DNA of 64,000 bases, taken from NCBI GenBank assembly GCA_013265495.1, contig MU058017.1:186001-250000 (forward strand). Reading direction: 5' to 3'. Each line of letters begins with the position of its first letter. Position 1 is the first letter of the stretch. Below the pieces are notes generated by a model. That model saw nothing but the letters and a program-made list of their open reading frames with translations. It searched no databases and was not told the origin of the DNA. Origin of the DNA: Vicugna vicugna. Taxonomy: Eukaryota. Shown in pieces: positions 1 through 11,004 of the stretch. The position numbers and the translations under genes were made by a program.

Positions 1-620
1 CATGCACCCCAATGTTCATAGCAGCACTATTTACAATAGCGAAGACATGGAAACAACCTAAATGTCCATCGACAGATGACTGAATAAAGAAGTTGTGGTA
101 TATTTAAACAACAGAATACTACTCAGGCATAAAAAATAATAAAATAATGTCATTTGCAGCAACACAGATGGACCTGGAGATTATCATTCTAAGTGAAGTA
201 AGCCAGAAAAAGAAAGAAAAATACCATATGATATCACTTATATGTATAATCTAAAAAATGGACAAACGAATTTACTTACAAAACAGAAAAAGACTCACAG
301 ACATAGAAAACAAACTTATGATTACCAGTGGGGATAAGGGTGTGGGAAGGGATAAACTGGGAGTTTGAGATTTGCAGATACTAATATATATACAATAGAT
401 AAACAAGTTCATACTATATAGCACAGGGAGCTATATTCAATGTCTTGTGGTAACCTATGGCGAAAAAGAATATGAAAATGAATATATGTATGTTCGTGTA
501 TGACTGAAGCATTATGCTGTACACCAGAAACTGACACAACATTATAAACTGACTATACTTCAATTAAAAAATATATATACCATAAATAAATAAATAAATA
601 AAAGAAAAGAAGGAAAGAGG
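1..620 (+). mobile_element. LINE-1 3' end (ORF2 C-terminal remnant, 3'UTR, A-rich tail); continues upstream of the window
   Basis: Typical L1 3' motifs: catgcaccccaatgttcatagcagcactatttacaatagc, ggacctggagattatcattctaagtgaagtaagccag, tgctgtacaccagaaactgacacaacatt, gactatacttcaattaaaaa, then an (AAAT)/A-rich tail. Closely similar to the copies at 54240 and 61124. Confidence 0.95.
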
Positions 621-2319
621 TGATACAATATCTGACCCCTGGTAGACATATAAGGCAGAAAGAAGGAAGGTTAGTATAAACTTTATTCCTTTCTTAGGAA
701 ATATTGTTATGCGTCTAAACATCTCAGTTTTAAGGGTATGGTTAGACAAAAATTCACAGAGCTGGAAAAGACAGGAGACTTTTTTTTCCTATTTGTTTTT
801 TCAATTAATGAAATGGAGGCTCAGAAAAGTTAGGCTCCAAGTTCAGTCAGTGTAAAAGGAAGCCAAGTACCTAATTCTAGGAATGGAGTACAGTTAAAAA
901 TTCAGAAAGAAATGCCTTACCATTTCCAGGAGTATGATAATTAGAAAGGGAGAGTATCTCAGAACATGTTGGCAGAATGGTATTAGCAAAAGAGCCTCAC
1001 AAGATGGGTGGCAGCCCCATTTCTTTGAAAGCTACAACTCAGCCAGCCACTCAAATGCTTCTAATATTTCCTTCTACTAGCCCCTTCCCTCCACTCACTT
1101 TCCCTTTACTCTAAACTTAAAAAGAAATATATATTCTATAAATGATATATATCTGAGAAAAGAAGAGTGACATGAGATGGCTTTGGGTTGCCAAGCTTGA
1201 AGGCAACCTGGTTACCCATTTTGATCTGTACTCATCCTTGTTGGCAGAGATCATAACAAGACAATGAATTGGCAGGAGCTGTTTTTAGCTAGAGTAAGAG
1301 TGGATGAAGATTCTCCTCTAAATTTCTATACCAAGGGACATATTAGGAAGGAAAATCAAAACATTTTTAACACCGAAAAACCTTTTCACGGACTCTCAAA
1401 GTTAAATACAGAAGTCACTGAATCAAGGTCACTTGTGTCTGCTCTGCCATTGTCTCAATTCTAGCTGCTTTGGGGCTTGATTCAAAAAGGAGGTTGTCAG
1501 ATTTGGGCTCAGAGAACGAAAAGTGCCTGTTTTCCAGGAATGTTAGGCTGAGGTAATACATCGCACTTACACAGCCCTCCCCAAGTGGGGGAAATGTCAG
1601 GGTTTTACTAAGAAATAATTGCTTCTGAAATGGTAAGAAGGGAAGTTACTCTTGCATAAGCATGGCTGTCCTGACTGACTATAATTTTTGTTTTTAGTTT
1701 GCTCTTTGTTTTTAGTATGCTCAGATAGCATAAATCATCATATTCGGACAGTTTAACTTTGTTCAGCTATAGTTTGATTTTCTGGTATACTAAATCTAAG
1801 TTAAGTGTTAAAATAAATTGGAGCCAAGCTTTACATTCAAGCAAAGTCATAAAACTCTACCATATTTAAAAATAAGGTAGTTGCTTACCAGCATAAAAAG
1901 ACTGAGTATTGGTTTCATTTTCTATTGTTTCCTATAGGGAAGCATTGATATTAATGCCAAATTCCAAGAAAAAAAGAAATAAAATGAGTTTAATAGGAAC
2001 ATATGAATATATAATACTATAGAAATGTACCGAGTATGGTCACAAACAGCTGTCATTCCCTTAGGTTATACACATACTGTGTACATTATTGTACCCATGT
2101 TAGGAAATGATAAATATAGAGCCAGTTCTCATGACTGACTTTGGATCTTTCCTCTCTTTTGGTTTGTACTGAGTCTAATCAAAGTCGGCTTCTAATCCCA
2201 TTTCCCCCTGAATTGCTTCTCTGATTTAGAAAATATATCTTCCTTTCAAATCAAATCAGTTCTTAATTTTGTCCTCTTCCTTTCCTCTCTGCTTTCAGAC
2301 TTTGTATTATTTTTGTTCA

Positions 2320-2900
2320 AAATCATTCATTCAAAAATGTAGTATGGATCTACTCTGCACACTAACACATGCATATGATTATAGACACATGTGTATGTGT
2401 GCATAAAGAACATAAAGAATCTTAAACTTATGAGAACTCAGCTTATAAATTTCCAAACTTCTTTCAAGTCTTTTGCATAATACACAAGACTTTTCATGAT
2501 TTGGCATCTTCCTACTAAGCCATTTTTTCTCTTCTGCTTCTTCCTCTTCTCATATTTTAGACTCCAGAAACTCTGAGCTGATCATAGCACCTCTCTTCTG
2601 TTTGAACATGATCTACATCTTAACTGGAACAAATCTAAATGCTCTTTATCCGTGGGTTATTCCTGTCAGCCTTCAGTCTGAGTGCAATAGCCACATCCTC
2701 TGAGAAGCCTTCCATAAGCAATCTCTAGGGACTGAGACATTCCTTCTCCTAAGTTTTCATTCTTTGTCTCTCTCACCAAAAGTGTAACCTCCACAAAGGC
2801 AGTGACCATGACCAGGATCTTTATTACCTCTTTGTTTCCTCAGTCCCTAAGATAATTCCTAGCATACAATAGGTAGTCATAAACACCAGTTAATCAACTA
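2320..2900 (+). mobile_element. Degenerate L2 LINE fragment(s)
   Basis: CT-rich body with cacatcctctgagaagccttcc and L2 3'-like ctccacaaaggcagtgacc...cctagcatacaataggtagtc. Confidence 0.5.
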
Positions 2901-3369
2901 TCAAGGGAATAAACTCACTCAAAAATAATAACTGTTCAACTCAGAACACTGAAAGAATATATCCTCTGGTGAAATTCTTTCTGTATCCATGAGTTACTAT
3001 CCCAGCCGATTCCTAACAGAGACTATGCCCCCTCCAATGCCTCTTTCAGAAAAAGCATTGCTCGAGAGAAAAAGATGTATTGAGACTTGGTACAAATTTA
3101 TTGACAGAAATGATGGTATATACAATGGATAGATGCAGTCAAAATACAAGTGTTGCACTCAAGTCAGGATATACATTAAATTAAGGCTTATGAATTTGTC
3201 TAGGAATAGACATTCAGTTAGCCTTCATCTCTATGGTAAATGGATTGATTATAAGGCCAAAAAATGGACATAAAATTGAATTTTTGGAACCCAAGTGAAC
3301 TAGATGCCTTGGAAATACTAATGAATTGATGTCTATAGTAGCAGCGTATAAAAACATGAATTAATTTTC

Positions 3370-3900
3370 TCACTAGTTTTTCTGCTACATGTTTCCTAAG
3401 GTCAAAATCACGGTGTTAGCCAACTGGGTTGTTACCAAAAGACTGGGAATAAACCCTCTTACAAGTTCATTCAGGTTGCAGGCAGAATTCAGCTTCCTTC
3501 AGATTAGGACTGAGGTCCTTGCTCCTTTGCTGGCTGTTAGCCAAGTCCTGTCCTTAGCTTTTAGAAGCTCCCCTGTAGGTCTTGCATGTGACTCCTGCAT
3601 TTTAAAACATCAAAAGCATGTTGAATTGCTCTCACATTTGGATTCTTTTCTGATTCCTCCTTCTGACACCTTTCTTTTCTGCCTCTTGTGCTGCATGTCT
3701 CTTCTGCTTCCAACCAGAGAAATATCTCTGTTTTAAGGACTCATTTTATTAGACTGAGGAGACCTGGATACTCTATTTTATGGTCTATAATCTCTATTAC
3801 ACTTGCAAAGTCCCATTTGCCATGTAATGTAAGAAGCATTTTACAGGCTCTAAGAATTAGGAAACAGACGTATGGGGAGGCTACCATTCTGTCTACAACA
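3370..3900 (-). mobile_element. MaLR (MLT1-type) solo LTR
   Basis: Ends ...ggggaggctaccattctgtctacaaca, the reverse complement of the MLT1 start TGTTGTAGACAGAAT. Internal acttgcaaagtcccatttgccatgtaatgtaa is MLT1-like. Confidence 0.75.
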
Positions 3901-5194
3901 GTATCAATTCAAAACTAGTGTTTTAAAATATCTATTGTCCCTTTATTTACAGGGGCAAAAGAAAAAACTAATTTTATATTAAAAGTGTACACTTTTAATT
4001 TTTTTTCCTCTACTCCAAACAGGAAGGAAAACTTAAAATATTTCCTATGTTTTTGTTCTTTTTGTTTTTCTTCTGCAATTCTAGCTGGCTCATTCCTAGA
4101 TCCAGATTTGAACATAGTGCATCAGTAATTATGGAATTCTTCTCTGTGTGTTTGCTTCCTCAAGCATATATACAGAGATAAGAAGTTTGTTTATAAAATG
4201 TCCTTTCACAATTTACTGCTTGTGTGTTTCTCTTTGTTGGTTGTTAAACTGCCATGCATTAGGCAATAATACAAAAGAAAATAGCTAAACCCTATGTATC
4301 TCTAAAATGTCACTAGTCTCCCAGACATGTGGTCCCCACTCCTTCAGGAATTGTTTGTATAAGCGTCTGTGGCAGAAATTTATTGCCAACCTGCTGAATT
4401 TATGGAAAAGAATGTTTTTGTCTAGATGTGTATCAACATTCCAGGGTCTAGTGGTGTTCCTCGAGGCTAGCACTGTGCTAAGCCCATAGCCAATGCATGT
4501 TTGGTGCTAATATATTTATAAAATTTAAAAATGAGGAAGAAATAAAGAGCACGAATAGGATAACAGAAAGCAGAACAAATGAAAATTACATTTTCTTGGC
4601 TGTCATTAGAAAGACCTAAAATTAAATGTAAGGTATCAACTCATATAGTCATTATAAAGTTAAAATTAAGTAATTTGTATTTATGTATTAACTTAATTTT
4701 TCTTTAAAAGAGTAACCTATGCCTTATGGGCAAGGCCTTTGAGACAAGTTTTAAATGTTAATATTTTCATTTTTTATATCTTAAACTTGAACAAAAAGCT
4801 CCATCAGTGAGCTAAGCACTATATAGTATTAGCAGAGAATGAGCAAGATTGAATTTTACAGCACCTGGCTAGGGAAGATGCATGCTAATTTTAAAAAAGT
4901 AGCAAGGGAAGAAGCCAGGTCCCTTGAGGAAGGACACTGCAATACAATGGCAAGCATATACTTTAGAAATTTCCCCAGTCCTTCCTCAATAAGGCTTTTC
5001 TTGAGTAATTATAAACTGAGGAAACAGAATACATAGAAGTTTCTGAAGGGTGTTAGATACAAGGTCCAAGTAAACACTGAGTTAAATACCTAATGACACA
5101 AAGTGTGGGAAAAAAAAAGGGCATTTCAGCAGGGACACTGCTTTCCATGGACTAGGGAGCCATAAGAAAAATATATATACTAAAAAACAATCTA

Positions 5195-5575
5195 GATACT
5201 AACTACTATATGTAAAATAGATAAACAACAAGGTTCTATTGCATAGCACAGAGAACTATATTCAATATCTTTTAATAACATATAATGAAAAGAATATGAA
5301 AAGAATATATATATATACATATACATATAACTGAAACATTATGCTGTACACCAGCAATTGACACAACATTGTAAATAGACTATACTTCAATTAAAAATAT
5401 TTTTAAAAGCAATCTAAAAAAGAATATGAAAACAAATATATGTATGTATATGCATGACTGGGACATGGTGCTGTACACCAGAAACTGACACATTGTAACT
5501 GGCTGTACTTCAATAATAAATAAATAAATAAATAATAAATAAATAAATAAATAAATAAATAAATATTAAAGACAA
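5195..5575 (+). mobile_element. Two tandem, heavily 5'-truncated L1 3' ends (5195-5400 and ~5418-5575); the second has a (TAAA)n tail
   Basis: Both contain tgctgtacaccag.aa.tgacac..attgtaa...tacttcaat. (TAAA)n runs 5517-5564. Confidence 0.9.
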
Positions 5576-5817
5576 AATATTTTTTAAAAAGTAATCTAAT
5601 AAATAACATTAAGTTCAGATACTGGGAGGTTAAGTATATAGTGTATTTATATGCCAGACAGAAATGACTGTTACAAATTTTTAAATGTGTGGTCTCATGA
5701 CTGATAAATTTCAAATAATCTTTAATAAAAATATTCTCGTATCTCAAGTTCTTTTGAAAGTACTATTGTGTCTCTCAAAACTTTAGACACTAGATATCAT
5801 AATACCTATTTTCAACA

Positions 5818-6063
5818 TCATTTATTTATTTATTCAACAAATATTTATTCATTGTTTAAAATATATCAGGCTCTTACAGTCTAGGTAGAAAGACCATAAA
5901 CCTAACAAATAAGTGAATCATGTAGTATCTTAGAAGGCAGTAAGTGTTATGCAGAAAAGGAAAATTAAACCAGGTTAAGGGGTGTTAGGAGTGCTAGGAT
6001 GAAAAGGTGGGCTATACTTTTAAATAGGATGATTGGGGTGGGTCTCATTGTAAAGGTGACATT
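5818..6063 (-). mobile_element. L2 3' fragment, cut off by the downstream L1
   Basis: Starts catttatttatttattcaacaaatatttatt (L2 tail, reverse strand), then gctcttacagtctag and aaggtgacatt. Confidence 0.7.
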
Positions 6064-6064
6064 A

Positions 6065-8630
6065 GAGAGGCCAAGATGGCGGAGTAGAAGGAGCCAGAGC
6101 TCACTTCCTTTCATGAACACACCAAAATTGCAAATAACAACAGAACAATTATTGCTAAAAAAGACTGGAACCTAATAGAAAAGATCTTCCATAACTGAAA
6201 ACATAAAGAAGAAACCATAAGGAAATGGGTAGGAGGGCTGATTTGCAATATAATCAAATCCCCTACCTACCAGGTGGACGACCCAAACACTGGAGAATAA
6301 TTACATTGCAGAGGTTCTCCCCCGTAAGTGAGAGTTGAGAGCCCCACATCAGGCTCCCTAGCCCAGAGATTTGGCACTGAGAATAGAAGCCCCTAGAGTT
6401 ATTTGGCTTTGAAGGCCAGCAGGGCTTAACTGCAGGAGCTCCATGGGACTTGGGGAAAAAGAGACTTCACTCTTAAAGGACACATGCAAAATCTTGCACT
6501 CACTGGGACCAAGGGCGAAAGCAGTAATTTCATAGGAGCCTGGGTCAGACCTATCAGCTGTTCTTGGAAGGTCTCCTGGGGAGGTAGCTTGGTGGGGACA
6601 CATGTGGCTCATCCTAGGGATATAGACATGGTGATGGACAGATTAGGGAGTATTCATCTGCATGAACTTTCCTTCCTGGAGGCAGACATCTTGCTTGGGT
6701 CATTAGCACCAACACCTAGATCCACCCAACAACCATAGGATCCAGTGCTGGTACAACCCAGGCCAAATAACTAACTGGGTGGGTACACATACCCAACCAT
6801 CAGCAGAAAGGCTGCCTAAAGACTTTCTGAGCCCACAGGTACCTCTAAATATGTCCCTAGACACAGCCCCACCCATCAAAGGGCCAGGACCCACCTCCCC
6901 CCACCAGTGGGCAGATAGCAATCAGCCTCTCCCACGAGGAAACCTGTAAGCCTCTAGATAAGCCTCACCAACCAGGGGGTAGACACCAGAAACAGGAAGA
7001 CTACTATCCTGCAGCCTGTGGAATAACTCCACAAATGCAGGCCAGACTCTACCCTCGGAGCAGCCAGCCTCTGGCCCATGAGTAACAAGAGGGAAGTGTA
7101 CTGCTGTGACTCATAGGACATCTCCTACAGAGGGCCACTTCTTCAAGGTCAAGAAACATAACTAACCTACCACATACATAAAAATACAAATAGAAATTCA
7201 GACAAAATGAGGCAGCAGAGGAATATGTTTCAGACAAAGGAACAAAATAAAATCCCAGAAGAACTAAGTGATATGGAGATAGGCAATCTACCCAAGGAAG
7301 AATTCAGACTAATGATCATAAAGATGATCAGAGAATTAGAAGAATGGGTGCATAGAGTGAGAAATTACAAGTTTCTAGCAAAGAGTTACAAAATAGAAAT
7401 AACAACTTCCAACAGAGTGAAAAATACAATAACTTAAATGAACAATACAGCAAAAGGAACCAACAATAGACTAAATGAGGCAGAAAAATGGATCAGTGGG
7501 TTAGAAAACAGAGTAGTGGAAATCACTGCTGCAAAACAGAAAAAAGAAAAAATAATGCAAAGAAATGAGGACACTTTAAGAGACCTCTGAGACAACTTCA
7601 AGTTCACTGATAATTCACATTACAGGGGTCCCAGGGGGAGAAAAGAGAGAGAAAGGGATAGAGAACATATTTGAAGAGCTAACAGCTGAAAACTTCCCTA
7701 ACTTGGGAAAGAAACAGTCACTCAAGTCAAGGAAGTGCAACATCCCATACAGGATTAACCCTAAGAGGAATACAATGAGACATTTGTCAATTAAAATGAC
7801 AAAAATTAAAGCTACAGAGAGAATTTCAAAACTCCCAACAAACAAAATTCCAGGACTAGATGGCTTCATAGGAGAATACTACTAAACGTTTAGAGAAGAG
7901 TTAACTTATATTATTCTGAAACTATTACAAAAATTTGCAGAGGAAAGAATAGCTCCAAATTCATTCTATGAGGCCACCATCACCCCGATTCCAAAACCAG
8001 ACAAAGATATCATTTGAAAAATTGTAGGCCAATATCACTGATGAACTTAGATGCAAAAATCCTCAAGAAAATACTAGCAAATTGATGCCAGTAATACATT
8101 AAAAGGATCATATACCATGATCAAGTGGGATTTATCCCAGGGATTCAAGGATTTTTCAATATCTGTAAATCAATCAATGTGATACACCACATTAACAAAC
8201 TGAAAAATAAAACCCATATAATGATCTCAATAGATGCAGAAAAAGCTTTTGATAAATTATATTATCCATTTATGAAAAAAATCCTCCAGAAATTGGGCAT
8301 AAGGGAACATACCTTAACATAATAAAGGCCACATATGACAAACCCACAGCTAACATCATACTCAATGGTGAAAAGCTGAAAGCATTTCCTCTAAGATCAT
8401 GAACAAGACAAGGATGCCCACTATCACCACATCTATTCAATATAGTTTTGGAAGTCTTAACCACAGCAATAAGAGAAAAAAAGGAAACAAAAGGAATCTA
8501 AACTGAAAAAGAAGAATTAAAGCAGTCACTGTTTGCAGATGACAAGATACTATACATAGAAAATCCTAAAATCACCACCAGAAAATGACTAAAGCTCACC
8601 AATGGATTTGGTAAAATTGTAGGATAAAAA
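6065..8630 (+). mobile_element. LINE-1 5' portion: 5'UTR, partial ORF1, internal deletion at ~7826, ORF2 reverse-transcriptase region; decayed
   Basis: Starts gaggccaagatggcggag (YY1-site L1 5' end). ORF1 ATG at 7207 (MRQQRNMFQTKEQ...). ORF2 peptides PGLDGFIGEY and [26 protein letters not shown]; ctgtttgcagatgac (LFADD) at ~8530. Stops and frameshifts present. Confidence 0.95.
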
Positions 8631-10254
8631 CACATTTATTGTACCATCCAGCCAAGGGTTCAAACATAAAACATTTCAAAATTTAAGGAGAATATGAAAA
8701 CATCAGGCAATACCTAGAGTACTACTATAAATATAGCCTTTACCTATAGTAAAAAATTTAGCCATTCAACCATTTTGGTCATCATCCCAGTTTTTCTTCA
8801 CACTTGGAGGCTTGGGCTCACCAGCTGACTTTGCCATGATAATCTGATTCACTCTAAGTATAGTGACTGTAGCATTAGTAGCCAGTTTGATAGCCCAGTA
8901 TTTTCTCAGGTAAGTATCTTTAATGCCAGCTTTCAACATGTCCTTTACAGCAGGAACTTCAGCCTCAATATCTAATCCAAACATTTTTATTTCCTTCTTG
9001 ATGTACTGCATAAAGTTTAGAGATTATTTCATTGGCCTAAACTCCACAGTTTTCTGCCAGTACCCAGGAAATAGCTTTGAATGTCTCAGCAAACTTTTTA
9101 ATGGCATACTATTCAAGTCTCCATATGATGTGATCTGTTTGACTAACTCAACTTCTGTTGCTCCACCTCCAGGTACAAGATGTTTATCTCTTGTGAGAAC
9201 TTTGAAAGTATTAATACCATCATCTACTGCTTTTTCTATATTATCCATCATATTGTCTGTAGAGCCTCGAAGCACTATGATAAAAATGGCACCATCTCCC
9301 TTTTTGTGCTTAAAAACAACCACCTGCATATCTCCAACTCGGATAGGTCAACATTGCCAGAATGTCACATTTCTTCAAGGACAGAAGGAGTCAGCCTAGG
9401 AAGAGTGGTAGCACCAACTGTTTTACATAGTCTTCTGATATCCAATTTTGAGTTCTGCCTCACCAACATGATACTGTATTTGTTTGCAAAATGAAGAGTC
9501 ATGTCTGACATGTAAAACAGTTGGTGCTTCTCACACACAAGAGCAAATCAAAACCACTGCTGATACTGGTGCAAATATAACAGGTGGCAAAGTGTCAGAC
9601 ATGATTCTTCATTTACTAAAATTCATCAATCCTTCAGCAGTCTTTATCAGTACCATTCCCTTAGTTTCTGTTCTGCCATCAAAAGGACAAAAGTACACTG
9701 CTATTTTTCCATCTTTGACAGCTGTTACATTACCTTTGGTTTCCTTCTTAAAAACCATGCCATGCAATACCGAAAAGGAATAGATACCAGAACTGAGAAT
9801 CTTACAAACTCTGATGTCATCAACACTGAAATGGCAGGAATCAGGAAAAATAGATACATATGCCTGAGCAATAAGCTTGGCTGGAAACACTTTATTTACC
9901 ATACTCTTTACTCATTATGGAACTATGGAGGAGAGATGACACTCCATCAACATCCTGAAGGTTTTTTGCAGAACAACATACCAAGTCAGGAAGAATCTCA
10001 TGGGCTTTTCTGCAGGATATTTTAAAACTTTCTATGACTCTGAAACTCACAGGCCAACTCTCAGAAGCTCTTCAGCTAATTCCAAAAGAGCTCCAGCAAA
10101 AAGCAGAACAAAATTTCTGCCATCTCCAACTTCTTGCTCTTGTGTGTGAGAAGCTATTATGATCATTTTTGCAGCAGGATGCTGTACTTCTAGCTCACTT
10201 AAAATAGCTACTGCATTGATTGTTACAAACAACTTCTCCAAGTGGTTGATAATA
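8631..10254 (-). pseudogene. CCT8: Processed pseudogene of CCT8 (TCP-1 theta): 5'-truncated, frameshifted, internally rearranged
   Basis: Minus-strand peptides match CCT8 in order with no introns: INHLEKLFVT..LEVQHPAAKMI..QEQEVGDG.NFVL.FAGALLELAEELLR; HF.VD.IRVCKIL..G..SVLHGMVFKKET.G; QVVVFKH..DGAI..IVLRGSTDN; VPGGGATEVEL; GLDIEAEVPAVKDML.AGI.DTYL.KYWAIKLATNA..IIMAK..G.PKPPS.KK.WDDDQN. Stop at 8766-8768, 3'UTR, AATAAA at 8635-8640 (-). About the first 55 codons are missing. Confidence 0.96.
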
Positions 10255-10682
10255 GTGTCATTTGTAGCAGCATGGATGGACCTAGAGATTATCACACTAA
10301 ATGAAGTAAGTCAAAGACAAATATCATATGATATCACTTATACGTGGAATCTTAAAAAATGATACAAATGAACTTATTTAAAAAACAAATTCACAGACAT
10401 CAAAAACAAACTCATGGTTACCAAAGGGGAAAGGGGATGGGGATAAACTAGGAGTCTGGGATTAACAGATGCACACTACTATACATAGAACAGAGAAACA
10501 ACAAGGATCTACTACATGGCATAGGTAACAATATTCAATATCTTGTAATAACCTATAATGAAAAAGAATCTGAAAAAGTAAAAATATATATATATATGTA
10601 ACTGAATCACTCTGCTGTACACCTGAAACTAACACAACATTGTAAATCAACTATACTTCAATAAAAAATAAACAAAAATTTT
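10255..10682 (+). mobile_element. LINE-1 3' end (ORF2 terminus, 3'UTR, A-rich tail), followed by a short repeat of L1 3' sequence at ~10689-10745
   Basis: gtcatttgtagcagcatggatggacctagagattatcacactaaatgaagtaagtc ... tgctgtacacctgaaactaacacaacattgtaaatcaactatacttcaataaaaaat. Confidence 0.93.
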
Positions 10683-11004
10683 TAAACGCCATATGACATC
10701 ACTTATATGAGGAATCTAAAAAAAAGACACAAATGAAATACTTACTATTTATAACTTAGTTGACTGATTTCTTGAATATGTATAAGCACATTTGACTGTC
10801 CTTTATGATTGGATTACCCCATTCTGTTGATTCTTATTTTGTAGTTGGTTTTATTCCTTTGATAACTATGTAAGTTTAAAAAGCTAAAGCTCTAATCTGT
10901 TCCTAGAAACAATGATCAGTACATTTATGTAAACTAAAATATGTGCAGTATACTATATATATGTATTTACATGCAATATAATATATATGTGCAGTTAAAC
11001 TGTC

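Noticed and set aside
8923..9494. Plus-strand ORFs of 158 aa and 104 aa
   Set aside because: Antisense shadows of the CCT8 pseudogene.
8766..10295. Functional CCT8 gene or retrogene
   Set aside because: Split across several frames by frameshifts and stops, 5'-truncated, and carrying an internal inversion and deletion.
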